Part shown: positions 7,799 through 16,735 of the stretch, piece after piece
Numbering within the stretch: position 1 is the first letter of the stretch
Layout of the letters: every line of letters starts with the position of its first letter
NCBI GenBank assembly: GCA_024275415.1
Contig: JAJRZD010000077.1
Coordinates: 16,586 to 48,585, forward strand
Reading direction: 5' to 3'
DNA from: an archaeon
Lineage (GTDB): Archaea > Asgardarchaeota > Thorarchaeia > Thorarchaeales > Thorarchaeaceae
DNA: 32,000 nucleotides
The notes under the pieces: generated by a model
The model's database searches: none
What the model was told of the DNA's origin: nothing
The model's input: only the letters and a program-made list of their open reading frames with translations
Made by a program: the position numbers and the translations under genes

Positions 7799-8602
7799 AT
7801 GAAACTCGTTGGTCTGACACGTCCCTACATCATGGCACATCGAGGAGACTCCGCTTCAGCTCCCGAGAACACACTACTGTCCATGAAACGAGCAATCGAG
7901 ATTGGCGTTGATTTTATCGAAACAGATGTCAGGCTATCACGCGATGATGAACCGATACTTTTTCATGATGACACTCTAGAGCGAACTACAGGTGAGAAAG
8001 GCGCAATCCGTGACAAATCGCTGGAAGAATTGAAACAGATAGACTTGGGGTACGGGTTCACACCTGACGGAGGCGTGACATATCCCTATCGGGGTAAGGG
8101 TATGACAGTAGTGACTCTGCGTGAGGCATTCGAAGCATTTCCTGATGTCAACTTCAATTTGGACATGAAAGACCGAGAAACCCATGTGCCAGATGTGTTA
8201 GCATCCGTCATCGAAGAATATGACCGAGCGGATCGTGTGATAGTCGGTTCCTTTCATGACCACCAGACCTATCGTTTTCGAAAAATCATGCCCGCCGTGA
8301 TGACCAGCGCATATCCCGCGGAAGTGACACGATTCGTCTTTGCACTAAAGATGAGAGTCATCCGTTTCTATGCGCGAAATTGCAAGTTCGAGGCATTTCA
8401 GGTTCCTATTAAATACGGTATGATTAGAGTCGTTGACAGCAGATTCGTGAAAGCAGCCCACGAGCGAGGCATTGCCGTACATGTCTGGACCGTGAATGAA
8501 CCTGATGTGATGCATCAATTGATAGACCTAGGTGTGGACGGCATCTTCACTGACCGCCCTGCGCTCCTCAGGGATGTACTGACTAACCGAGGAATGCTTT
8601 AA
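7799..8602 (+). CDS. Glycerophosphodiester phosphodiesterase (GDPD family)
   Basis: IMAHRGDSASAPENT, FIETDVRLSRD..PILFHDDTLERTT, FNLDMK, VHVWTVN, GVDGIFTDRP. Likely ATG 7799 (track TTG 7745). Confidence 0.95.
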   Translation: MKLVGLTRPYIMAHRGDSASAPENTLLSMKRAIEIGVDFIETDVRLSRDDEPILFHDDTLERTTGEKGAIRDKSLEELKQIDLGYGFTPDGGVTYPYRGKGMTVVTLREAFEAFPDVNFNLDMKDRETHVPDVLASVIEEYDRADRVIVGSFHDHQTYRFRKIMPAVMTSAYPAEVTRFVFALKMRVIRFYARNCKFEAFQVPIKYGMIRVVDSRFVKAAHERGIAVHVWTVNEPDVMHQLIDLGVDGIFTDRPALLRDVLTNRGML

Positions 8603-8739
8603 TGACGCTCGTATGCGTTGTTGTGGGCATCTGCAAGATCCCCCATACAAAATCGGACGTTTCTTAGATGACAGGCTGCACAGACCGAAAATGAACGGTT
8701 TATTAGGGGACATGTATTTCCACAGGTGGGGGTTTCACA

Positions 8740-9342
8740 ATGGCTGAAATACCTGAGAATCAAGAGATGAGAAATTACAAAGTAGTACAGAAACTGCTGG
8801 CTATGAGGCCGGTCTACGAGATATACGACGAACAATCCGGTGAGATGGTGGCTATTGCCAAGCAGACGTGGATGAGCTTTCTGAGATCGACAATGCATAT
8901 CGAAGACCCTCAAGGGAATCGCTTGTTCACTGCAAAAGGAGGCTTTTTCGATAAGACATTCTGGCTTTTGGATGCGTCTGGAAATAAAGTTGCAAGACTG
9001 ACGCGGCCATGGATCGCTCTCAGACAGAATTTCACTATTTACTATCGTGAGGATATTGTGAAGGCACAGGGAGGCTTTTTCGCATGGGGCTTCGAGGCAC
9101 GCAATAGTCAGGGAATCTTTGCATTCAGATTGGACAAGAAGATTCTGGCTATCCGAGATCAGTTCCGAGTGCAGGTCGGAGAGTATATGAATCCTCTCCA
9201 TGCCGTTGCATCTGCGCTGGTTGTGGATCGGATATTCTTCAAAGGCAAAGGATGCGGATGCCGAACGCTCCTCTGTATCCTATTACTGATTGGATTTGGG
9301 ATATTAACGATAATATCCATGATATCGTCATTGCTGCCCTAA
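8740..9342 (+). CDS. LURP-one/scramblase (tubby C-terminal-like) family protein with C-terminal transmembrane anchor
   Basis: Repeating beta-hairpin pattern YKVVQKLLAMRPVYEIYD...MHIEDPQGNRLF...FWLLDASGNKVARLTRPWIALRQNFTI, a central helix ending ALVVDRIFF, then GCGC and a hydrophobic tail. Confidence 0.75.
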   Translation: MAEIPENQEMRNYKVVQKLLAMRPVYEIYDEQSGEMVAIAKQTWMSFLRSTMHIEDPQGNRLFTAKGGFFDKTFWLLDASGNKVARLTRPWIALRQNFTIYYREDIVKAQGGFFAWGFEARNSQGIFAFRLDKKILAIRDQFRVQVGEYMNPLHAVASALVVDRIFFKGKGCGCRTLLCILLLIGFGILTIISMISSLLP

Positions 9343-9610
9343 TCCTGATTTGGAGAGGACATCTTTGTTTCTCTCCATTCTCTTGCAGTTTCTATGAACG
9401 AAACAAAATGCATATCACCAAGTGTGAGTACAGCAATGGTTCACCTGAAATACTTGTACACCAAAAGGATATTTTCCCAGAGTTTGAAGCGTTTTGGTTG
9501 TGTAATATTATTGGAGAGCTAAGCCGAAATAGCTTAATATGCTAGTTCAGGATATTGAGTTCTGTGAGCGTATTTAGTTCTTTGAATGCGAATACGCCTA
9601 CGGTAGACCA

Positions 9611-9760
9611 ATGCGGTGTATAAACATGACATGTCCAGAGTATGACTCCGGTGAAAGCAAATGTGGTGTTGATGGATTCAAATTCTATGAGGGTATGAGC
9701 AAGCCTTGTGATACCCCTGGCATCAATAAGGACAAATGTCCGCGTTTTGCCATGAAATGA
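9611..9760 (+). CDS. Small Cys-rich hypothetical protein, 49 aa (absent from the ORF track)
   Basis: Hand translation MRCINMTCPEYDSGESKCGVDGFKFYEGMSKPCDTPGINKDKCPRFAMK; 5 Cys, protein-like composition, lies in an otherwise empty gap and is followed by a hairpin. Confidence 0.55.
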   Translation: MRCINMTCPEYDSGESKCGVDGFKFYEGMSKPCDTPGINKDKCPRFAMK

Positions 9761-9794
9761 TTGAATCCGGAAACCCTTGTATTATAGCTCCGAT

Positions 9795-9831
9795 GGTGCA
9801 GCTTCTATGCTGCACCTCTGCTGTTCTTTTT
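9795..9831 (+). terminator. Stem-loop with downstream T-rich tract
   Basis: GGTGCAGC-TTCTAT-GCTGCACC (9795-9816, perfect 8-bp stem) followed by TCTGCTGTTCTTTTT. Confidence 0.45.
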
Positions 9832-10157
9832 GCTCCACATTACTAGATGGGGTAATAACGAAAAAACTCATCATCGAGAGATCCCTTGCTGTTTGCCTAG
9901 CCTGATTTTACCCCAGCATTTCCTGTTATCCAGCCTATTATGTACAACAGGGCAAATCGCCAAATCAAGAGGACGAACGGCACCCGGGAACAATACAGAA
10001 TGATTGAGAGTGTCCAGAGTACGATGAACAGCGGGTTGACTGCGGTTCATTATGAATGAGAAAGTCATTCATCCCTCAACTTCGGATCCTATAATTCCCA
10101 AACGAGATACCATTGATGCCCTTACCGTTTTGAATAGGCGAAGAAATGCATCCCGCT

Positions 10158-10178
10158 CGGTGGTCTTAAGTACCACCG
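10158..10178 (+). promoter_or_regulatory. Inverted repeat enclosing a TATA-like CTTAAGT upstream of the SGNH gene
   Basis: CGGTGGT-CTTAAGT-ACCACCG; the TTAAG core lies about 30-35 nt upstream of ATG 10201. Confidence 0.45.
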
Positions 10179-10200
10179 TCAGGGAACATATGTCGATATA

Positions 10201-11058
10201 ATGTGGATTCTCATCATTGTTCTAGCCTCTATCGCGTTCATCCCAATGATCATCACAGTCTATGCATTCAAGAAGAGTGATATCCTTCCAGAGAGTCGAC
10301 CGGCTACCTACCTGAGGTTGGTTTCTTCGCAGGAGATAGTTCACCCAGTGGTTCTTTTTGCAGGCGATAGTCTTACACATGGAAAGGTCGGCGTTGGCTA
10401 TCTTGAACTTCTGGAGGAGAAACACAACAGACACAATATGACAATCATCAATGCAGGAATCAATGGCGATTTCGTGTGGAACCTGCTTCAGCGAATTGAT
10501 GAGATTGTCGAGTGTGCTCCTGACGCCATCTTCATTCTCATCGGAACAAATGATGCCCTAGCAACTCTTCCTATACGGTTCCTAGGAATCGCACAGAGAA
10601 GGAAAGGTCTCCCTCGCCCACCTGCTTTTGAGTGGTATATTGAATCCTTACGCTCTTTGGTCAAGAACTTGATAGAGCGGACGCCATCAAAGGTCGTACT
10701 GATGTCAATCCCCCCTATTGGTGAAACATTGGACTCGAAGGCAAATGTCGTCGCTATGGAATACAGTCGAGCGATTCGCGATATCGCCATGGAGATGAAT
10801 GTCGGTTTCATTCCGGTCAATGAAATGATGAATGCATATCTTGCAGAACACCCATCACATCCTGCATTCCCACTCAAAAACGCAATCAAAGGGATGTCTT
10901 TCGCATTGATACGTCACTACATTTTTGGGAAGGATTGGGACTCGTTATCTCAAGATTCAGGTCAAGTCCTTCACATAGACCATATTCATCTGAACTCAGC
11001 AGGTGCTCGGATCATCGCAGAACTAGTTTCATCTTATCTGTCAAAGCACTTTTTCTAG
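10201..11058 (+). CDS. SGNH/GDSL hydrolase with N-terminal membrane anchor
   Basis: Block I FAGDSLT, block II NAGINGD, block III LIGTND, block V DHIHLN; N-terminus MWILIIVLASIAFIPMIITVYAF is hydrophobic. Confidence 0.92.
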   Translation: MWILIIVLASIAFIPMIITVYAFKKSDILPESRPATYLRLVSSQEIVHPVVLFAGDSLTHGKVGVGYLELLEEKHNRHNMTIINAGINGDFVWNLLQRIDEIVECAPDAIFILIGTNDALATLPIRFLGIAQRRKGLPRPPAFEWYIESLRSLVKNLIERTPSKVVLMSIPPIGETLDSKANVVAMEYSRAIRDIAMEMNVGFIPVNEMMNAYLAEHPSHPAFPLKNAIKGMSFALIRHYIFGKDWDSLSQDSGQVLHIDHIHLNSAGARIIAELVSSYLSKHFF

Positions 11059-11613
11059 GTCTTTTCTTGCCCCCTTGAGAATCTTGCCAAGAATGACCGC
11101 TATGTTCCAAGCATCATCAACACCGCGATGATGTATACCCTCCAATGGAATTTCAAGAATCTTCAATGCCCCACTCATCCCAATTTCTCGCTTTAGTCCA
11201 TTGGAAACAGCGAAGAGAGTTTTAATGTTCAGATGCGTGTCGTTCAGCGGATATGGAATCCCCATCTCCTTGCATTGCCTTATGAACATCTTCCTGTCAT
11301 AATCGCCATAACTTCCCCATATTCTCCTACCTGATGTGAACCTATTCTTGAGAATGTCACAAGCATCCGAGAAGCTGATTCCCTTGTCCACATCCTCCTG
11401 AGTCAATGTGGTAAGCTCCGTGCAGAACTTGCTAATGCGAGATCTTGTCGGTCTGACAATAATCGAATGTTTCTCCAATGGTTCAAGATTGTTCACATCA
11501 AAGGTGCAGATACCAATCTCGATTATCTCGCTTACTTGTCCATCTGGTGTCTTACCATTCCAGCATGTGGATTCGATATCAATGACGTTTATGATATCAA
11601 GCAGTCTGACCAT
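11041..11613 (-). CDS. DEDDh 3'-5' exonuclease (ERI-1/KapD-like)
   Basis: ExoI VIDIESTCW, EIIEIG, ExoII WGSYGDYD, ExoIII HHRGVDDAWN. The 3' end overlaps the SGNH gene by 18 nt. Confidence 0.9.
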   Translation of the reverse strand: MVRLLDIINVIDIESTCWNGKTPDGQVSEIIEIGICTFDVNNLEPLEKHSIIVRPTRSRISKFCTELTTLTQEDVDKGISFSDACDILKNRFTSGRRIWGSYGDYDRKMFIRQCKEMGIPYPLNDTHLNIKTLFAVSNGLKREIGMSGALKILEIPLEGIHHRGVDDAWNIAVILGKILKGARKDLEKVL

Positions 11614-11724
11614 AATGTTTCATTCCTAGATTATCAACCTTGATTCTTGAACGATTTTAAACATTGGTCAGTCATGACAGGAAATGCCTTTCTTTCTGTT
11701 CAAGATCATCACATTCTTCAACAG

Positions 11725-11773
11725 CAAAACAAGATGAAAAAAGAGGTGCACTGGAGCAAACGACTGCTCCAGT
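11725..11773 (-). terminator. Probable terminator of the por operon
   Basis: 9-bp perfect stem ACTGGAGCA/TGCTCCAGT (11750-11773, 6-nt loop) 14 nt past the porB stop, followed on the minus strand by GCACCTCTTTTTTCATCTTGTTTTG. Confidence 0.6.
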
Positions 11774-11787
11774 ACTGATTGGTGTTA

Positions 11788-12744
11788 TTATATCCCACAT
11801 TTCTTCTTCAGCAGTTCCCATTCGTGGTTGATGTCCACTTGGATCTGCTTTCTGAACTCCTCCCACTCTGGCTTGAACAGATGCTTGAACTGCCCTTGAG
11901 TCTTCCAGTATTCCTCCATTGGGGTTAGTTCTTTCAGGCGCTTGCTTGGACCTGACATGATATACTTCTCTCCATCAATCACCTCGTAGAGCGGATGGAT
12001 GCCAGTTTGAACTGCTAGTCTTGAAAGCTCGATGCTTCGACCTGTTTCAGAGCGCCAACCTCGGGGACACGGCGAGTACGCATGTATGAATGCCGGACCC
12101 TCAACCTCAAGGGCCTTGCGGAACTTGGTGATGAAGTCTCTCTGGTATCCTGGTGACACTGTTGCGACATAGGGAATCTTATGGGCAGCCACTATCTCAG
12201 TCAGAGGCTTCTTCTTCTGTCTCTTGCCCGGCTCGACCTTCCCTGCCCACGATGTCGTGGTTTCTTGACCCGGCAATGTCCCTCCAGATCTCTGGATCCC
12301 AGTGTTCTGGTATGCGCCATTGTCATAGACCATGTACACTATATCATGGCCACGTTCAAGCATACCACTAAGGGAGCCGAAACCAATATCGAAGGTTCCA
12401 CCATCACCGCCAATGGCGATGACATCCACATGTTCGTGGGCGTAGTTACCCTTTGCATACATGGCTTTGGTCGCCTCGATGACTCCAGAAGCCACCGCAG
12501 AAGCGTTCTCGAATGCTACATGGATCCAAGGTATCTCCCATGCGGTGTAGGGATAGATTGTTGTCGCTACCTCAAGGCATCCCGTCGCCTCACATACGAT
12601 GGTAGGGCCACGAAGTGCCATGCCCATGAGCTTGACAACAGTAGGAGCTGCACATCCGGCACACATGCGGTGTCCGGCCGATAGCACTTGGTCACGCTTG
12701 AGCATTTCCTTGATAGCCACAGCTGGCTTGTCATATTCCACCAT
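11788..12744 (-). CDS. porB: Pyruvate/2-ketoisovalerate:ferredoxin oxidoreductase beta subunit
   Basis: GHRMCAGCAAP, ATGCLEV, TPP-binding GGDGGTFDIG...YDNGAYQNTG, SPCPRGW. Confidence 0.93.
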   Translation of the reverse strand: MVEYDKPAVAIKEMLKRDQVLSAGHRMCAGCAAPTVVKLMGMALRGPTIVCEATGCLEVATTIYPYTAWEIPWIHVAFENASAVASGVIEATKAMYAKGNYAHEHVDVIAIGGDGGTFDIGFGSLSGMLERGHDIVYMVYDNGAYQNTGIQRSGGTLPGQETTTSWAGKVEPGKRQKKKPLTEIVAAHKIPYVATVSPGYQRDFITKFRKALEVEGPAFIHAYSPCPRGWRSETGRSIELSRLAVQTGIHPLYEVIDGEKYIMSGPSKRLKELTPMEEYWKTQGQFKHLFKPEWEEFRKQIQVDINHEWELLKKKCGI

Positions 12745-13949
12745 TATTTTCGCACCCCCAGTGTTTCAAAGAAGGGAGCTTTCCCTTTCTTCAAGTACTC
12801 CTTGGTCTTCTCATACCCCTCGACAATGGTCGTGGGTGGGACATCTCTTCCTCCAAGTCCTATCACGAAGTCAGTCACCATGGGACGCTTCTCCAAGTCA
12901 TAAAGTGCCGTCCTGACTTCCATAGCTAGAGGGTTGGCGGGCGCGCCGAATGAGAGACACTTCTCAAAGACGACTACGGCTTTTGCATGCTTCACGGCTT
13001 CTGCAATTTCTTTTGCGGGGAACGGCCTGAACATGCGGAGCCTCAGGACACCGACCTTCTCCCCCTGTTCGCGCAATGCATCGACAACAGCCTTTGCTGT
13101 GCCTCCAGGACTGCTATGGGTGAACAAGATGATGTCTGCATCCTCTGTCTTGTACGTTTCAAACATGCCGTACTTGCGCCCGGTCATCTTCTCGAACTCG
13201 GCTTCTACTTTCTTGAAGACATCTGGAACGGCATTTATCGCATCAATTTGCTGTTGTTTGAACTCGAAGTAATAGTCTGTCAAGGCAAGAGGGCCCATGG
13301 TTATAGGCTTGGTAGGATCTAGTGCAATGAATGGCACTCTCTTGCCAAGGAACTTGTGTACCGCTTCAGTAGGTAGCATCTCTACACGTTCGACATTGTG
13401 GCTCAAAATGAACCCATCAATAGCAACTATGATTGGAAGGAGTACGTCGTGGTCTTCCGCAATCTTGAATGCCATGATAGTCGTATCGTATGCTTCCTGA
13501 CCGCTCTGGCAATAGATTTGGATGAATCCACTGTCGCGGGCACCATAAGTATCGCTCCAATCGTTGTGGATGTTGATGGGTGCTGATAGGGCACGGTTTG
13601 CGACAGTAAAGACAATTGGCATTCTCATGCCTGAAGCGCAGTATAACACTTCCCACATAAGAGCCAAACCAGCAGATGCAGATGCAGTTGCTACACGGGC
13701 TCCCACAGCCGATGCGCCAACACATGCAGACATTGCGCTGTGCTCTGATTCAACAGGAATGACCTTGGCATCAACTTCCCCATTTGCAGCGAATTTCTGA
13801 TAATCCTCCACAATGATGGTCTGTGGCGTGATTGGGTATGCTGCCAACACATCAAGATCGCATTGTTTGAGGGCATGAGCGATTGCTGCATCGCCGGTAA
13901 GGCCTTCCACAACAATCTGATCTTCTGGGACTCGTTCAACACTAGTCAT
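12744..13949 (-). CDS. porA: Pyruvate/2-ketoisovalerate:ferredoxin oxidoreductase alpha subunit
   Basis: AAYPITPQT, VESEHSAMSAC, TASASAGLALM, NRALSAPINIHND, LRMFRPFP; stop overlaps the porB start. Confidence 0.93.
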   Translation of the reverse strand: MTSVERVPEDQIVVEGLTGDAAIAHALKQCDLDVLAAYPITPQTIIVEDYQKFAANGEVDAKVIPVESEHSAMSACVGASAVGARVATASASAGLALMWEVLYCASGMRMPIVFTVANRALSAPINIHNDWSDTYGARDSGFIQIYCQSGQEAYDTTIMAFKIAEDHDVLLPIIVAIDGFILSHNVERVEMLPTEAVHKFLGKRVPFIALDPTKPITMGPLALTDYYFEFKQQQIDAINAVPDVFKKVEAEFEKMTGRKYGMFETYKTEDADIILFTHSSPGGTAKAVVDALREQGEKVGVLRLRMFRPFPAKEIAEAVKHAKAVVVFEKCLSFGAPANPLAMEVRTALYDLEKRPMVTDFVIGLGGRDVPPTTIVEGYEKTKEYLKKGKAPFFETLGVRK

Positions 13950-13951
13950 CC

Positions 13952-14248
13952 TTATTCGTCCTCCATGTGAATGCTATTTGTTGGACATTCGTTTGCACAG
14001 ATACCACATCCCTTGCAGTAATCGTAGTCGTATTCGTAGGAGTATTTTCCATCCTTCTCTATCAGTTTCACCGAGTTGTCAGGGCAATAGATCCAGCAAA
14101 GACCACAAGTACCGTTCTTGATCCAGAGGCAGGTTTCGTCCTTGTGTATTGGCTTCTTAGCTCGCCAACCGCCAGTCAAGTATCCTTTAGAATTGCCTGG
14201 CTCCACAATGTTGCCTGCAATAGGAATCTCATCGTACTTCTTGCTCAT
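13952..14248 (-). CDS. porD: Pyruvate/2-ketoisovalerate:ferredoxin oxidoreductase delta subunit (2x[4Fe-4S])
   Basis: TGGWRAKKP, TCGLCWIYCP, YCKGCGICANECP. Confidence 0.93.
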   Translation of the reverse strand: MSKKYDEIPIAGNIVEPGNSKGYLTGGWRAKKPIHKDETCLWIKNGTCGLCWIYCPDNSVKLIEKDGKYSYEYDYDYCKGCGICANECPTNSIHMEDE

Positions 14249-14820
14249 CCGACCTTTGCCTCCTTCATTGCCCGTTCCATCGCGGTCTTGTTCAGTTCTC
14301 CGACCTTGCCAGGATAGCGCCCAAGCACTTCGTTGATCACAGTTTCAGCGTTCACGATTCCTGTGAACTTCACGGCGGCAGCCATTGTAGGCATGTTGTA
14401 GAATGGTCTACCCATGACCTCCATGGCGATTGTGCTTGCGTCCACAGTGACTACCTTCCCAGTATCAAAACCAAACTTCTTTCTGATATCAGTGGGCTCG
14501 TTGACGGTGTTCACAACAAGAGTGCCTTCGGGCTTGAGACCCTCGGCAGGGTTCACGACGTCCAGGAGCGTCGGATCGATACAAACGACAACATCTGGCG
14601 CATATACCTGAGCATAGACCTGGATGGGCTTCTTACTAATTCTTAGGAACGCGCGTACTGGCGCCCCTGTTCGCTCCGGCCCGAATTCGGGGAATGCTTG
14701 GATATAGTTACCCTCAGCGAGAGCAGCCTTTCCTAGCATCTGGTTGGATGTGACGACACCTTGTCCGCCTCTTCCATGCCACCGGAACTCCGTAATGCCT
14801 TTACTAAAGTCCAGCGTCAT
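14245..14820 (-). CDS. porG: Pyruvate/2-ketoisovalerate:ferredoxin oxidoreductase gamma subunit
   Basis: EFRWHGRGGQGVVT, FPEFGPERTGAPV. ATG 14820 follows AGGTGA (track GTG 14832); ATGA overlap with porD. Confidence 0.93.
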   Translation of the reverse strand: MTLDFSKGITEFRWHGRGGQGVVTSNQMLGKAALAEGNYIQAFPEFGPERTGAPVRAFLRISKKPIQVYAQVYAPDVVVCIDPTLLDVVNPAEGLKPEGTLVVNTVNEPTDIRKKFGFDTGKVVTVDASTIAMEVMGRPFYNMPTMAAAVKFTGIVNAETVINEVLGRYPGKVGELNKTAMERAMKEAKVG

Positions 14821-14899
14821 ATCATATCTCACCTATAGGGAGAAGCTTCTGGTAATCGCGCCTTGGGGCTACTTATGAATTTGCTGGCATGGACACGTT

Positions 14900-16096
14900 C
14901 TATAGGAACCGCTTGATGAACACAAGCACCCCTAAAACGCCGATGATGCTTACGAGCGAGGCATAAAGCACATATTCTGTACCTTCACCTTCAAACAGGT
15001 TGACGAGGACTAGAACCTGTACCTCATCAGACGCTCTATTCCCTGCGGCATCAAAGAATACGGCAGTGTAATTATGTACTCCGAAGCTCATTTCTCTCAT
15101 CTTTATCTGTAATGTATGCTCGTACCAGTCACCGTACGACACAAACTGACCGTCTATCCACACTTGATAGAATGATAGATACTCGTCTGTCACGTTCCAA
15201 TGGATGTTTCTTAATGGATCATCAGCCTCCATATGGATATCATCGATGCCTGACACGGTCGGAGCAGAAATGTCTTGGAGGGGCATAGGATTAACAACAA
15301 TAGATTCTAAGCCAACATCGTAGTCACCGACCCCAGAATAGTCGCTCCACTGCACCGAATCCCACTTGTTTGCAAACCCATAGTCAATGACATTAAGCTC
15401 ACTTGTTATGACTCCATTCTCAAGAGGGCCGTTCCATCCAATGGTACAATCTGAAATCGTGTTATTCGTAGTGTCATAGTAAAACCAGATACCTGAATGG
15501 CGATTGGAGTACATCGTCGAGTGCACTATATCGTTGGCTGTACCATTTGAAACAAAAATGCCATCATTATTATGGTGCAATCCAACCTGATTGATTTCTA
15601 CTCCCGTAATGTTCCTTCCAAATATCCCAACTTTGCCTCCTCTAATTTCACTCTCCAAAACCCACACATCTCTAGCGTCTGACACAGATATTCCGTTCGA
15701 ACCTGTAGTTATGGTACAGTTTGATATTGTTCCATTAGATGTTGAAGAAAGGATTATTCCATGGCTTCCAGATGATATCCACGAATCGCGTATCACAAAA
15801 TGAGCCTTTGTTCCCTGGATCGAAATCGCAGTATCGCTACTCGTTATATTCACATTTGACAGGGTGTAAGGGTCTTCTGGAGTCCCCGACCCTGTGAATC
15901 CGTGGTCAACGAACCCAGAGTCGTTCGTGATAGTGATTGCTCCGTGGTCGATATAGTCCGTCGCAAGCCTGCCCTGTATATTAGGGCGTTCTACAGGTAC
16001 CCCGACTGACGAACCGAGGAAAATGAAATTCACTAAGAGTACCAGCATCAGACATGTTGAGGCGAGGTGATAATTTCGAATCTCTATTCCCTCCAC
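14900..16096 (-). CDS. Cell-surface protein: signal/TM segment, right-handed parallel beta-helix (NosD/CASH-like), Ig-like domain, C-terminal TM anchor
   Basis: Repeats GIILSSTSNGTISNCTI, GISVSDARDVWVLESEI, GIFVSNGTANDIVHSTM; beta-rich WNVTD..YQVWIDG..NYTAVFFDAAGNRASD; TM YVLYASLVSIIGVLGVLVFI followed by KRFL. Confidence 0.8.
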   Translation of the reverse strand: MEGIEIRNYHLASTCLMLVLLVNFIFLGSSVGVPVERPNIQGRLATDYIDHGAITITNDSGFVDHGFTGSGTPEDPYTLSNVNITSSDTAISIQGTKAHFVIRDSWISSGSHGIILSSTSNGTISNCTITTGSNGISVSDARDVWVLESEIRGGKVGIFGRNITGVEINQVGLHHNNDGIFVSNGTANDIVHSTMYSNRHSGIWFYYDTTNNTISDCTIGWNGPLENGVITSELNVIDYGFANKWDSVQWSDYSGVGDYDVGLESIVVNPMPLQDISAPTVSGIDDIHMEADDPLRNIHWNVTDEYLSFYQVWIDGQFVSYGDWYEHTLQIKMREMSFGVHNYTAVFFDAAGNRASDEVQVLVLVNLFEGEGTEYVLYASLVSIIGVLGVLVFIKRFL

Positions 16097-16111
16097 ACTC
16101 GCCTTGTATCT

Positions 16112-16735
16112 CTACGCTTTTCTATCTTCTTCTTTCAGCAGCTCGCTTGTCATGCTGTTTTCATTCAAAAACAAATCTCGATACGCTGGATTCTTTATGT
16201 GTATCACCACCTCGTCCTTGACATCATCGACAGACAGGAAACGAACACTCCGTTCCAGAGGCCTTGGGAAGAATCCATATGCTATATCGATGATAATTGC
16301 CAAGACCAATAGGAGAGCTGGAATTAGGGAGTCTAAGATTGGTCTAGAGTACTCGATGGCAACGATGAGTCCTAGAAGAAAATAGAGTAGCGGGTAGAAC
16401 AGAAACATGAATCCAGCAATTGACATTACTTTCTTGCCCGTCGTACTGATTGATCCGCTTCCATGAATTAGACATGCAGGAACCCAAAAAGTTGTGACAC
16501 CTCTAGCCTGAGCAAGTGCGATATCCACCTTGTCCTCTCCTCTTGCCCACCCACTTAGGAGTCCTTTCCTTTCGTCCCATCGGTTATCAGGGCCCGTAAA
16601 CACAGATAATGCAACTAGATCCTCTGCTTCTTCCATACACACCGGACAGAATTCAGGGAACCGGATATCCGTTATTTTTGCCTTTACCAATGTCTGCTTT
16701 GAATTATCCAGCGATTCCTTCTTTGCTGTCCCCAT
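16112..16735 (-). CDS. Hypothetical membrane protein with CxxC...CxxH putative Zn site and two TM helices
   Basis: FPEFCPVC, FWVPACLIHG; hydrophobic VMSIAGFMFLFYPLLYFLLGLIVAI and LIPALLLVLAIIIDIAYGFF. Confidence 0.75.
   Translation of the reverse strand: MGTAKKESLDNSKQTLVKAKITDIRFPEFCPVCMEEAEDLVALSVFTGPDNRWDERKGLLSGWARGEDKVDIALAQARGVTTFWVPACLIHGSGSISTTGKKVMSIAGFMFLFYPLLYFLLGLIVAIEYSRPILDSLIPALLLVLAIIIDIAYGFFPRPLERSVRFLSVDDVKDEVVIHIKNPAYRDLFLNENSMTSELLKEEDRKA

Noticed and set aside
8599-9201. 200-aa minus-strand ORF
   Set aside because: Shadow of the LURP-one-like gene; no recognisable features.
9795-11773. Shared words GCACCTCT and TTGCTCCA near the two hairpins at 9795 and 11750
   Set aside because: Different order and strand and only 8-mers; not a convincing repeat family.
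12153-14611. Many 60-170 aa alternative-frame ORFs across the por operon
   Set aside because: Fully overlap well-supported porG/D/A/B genes and show no family signal.
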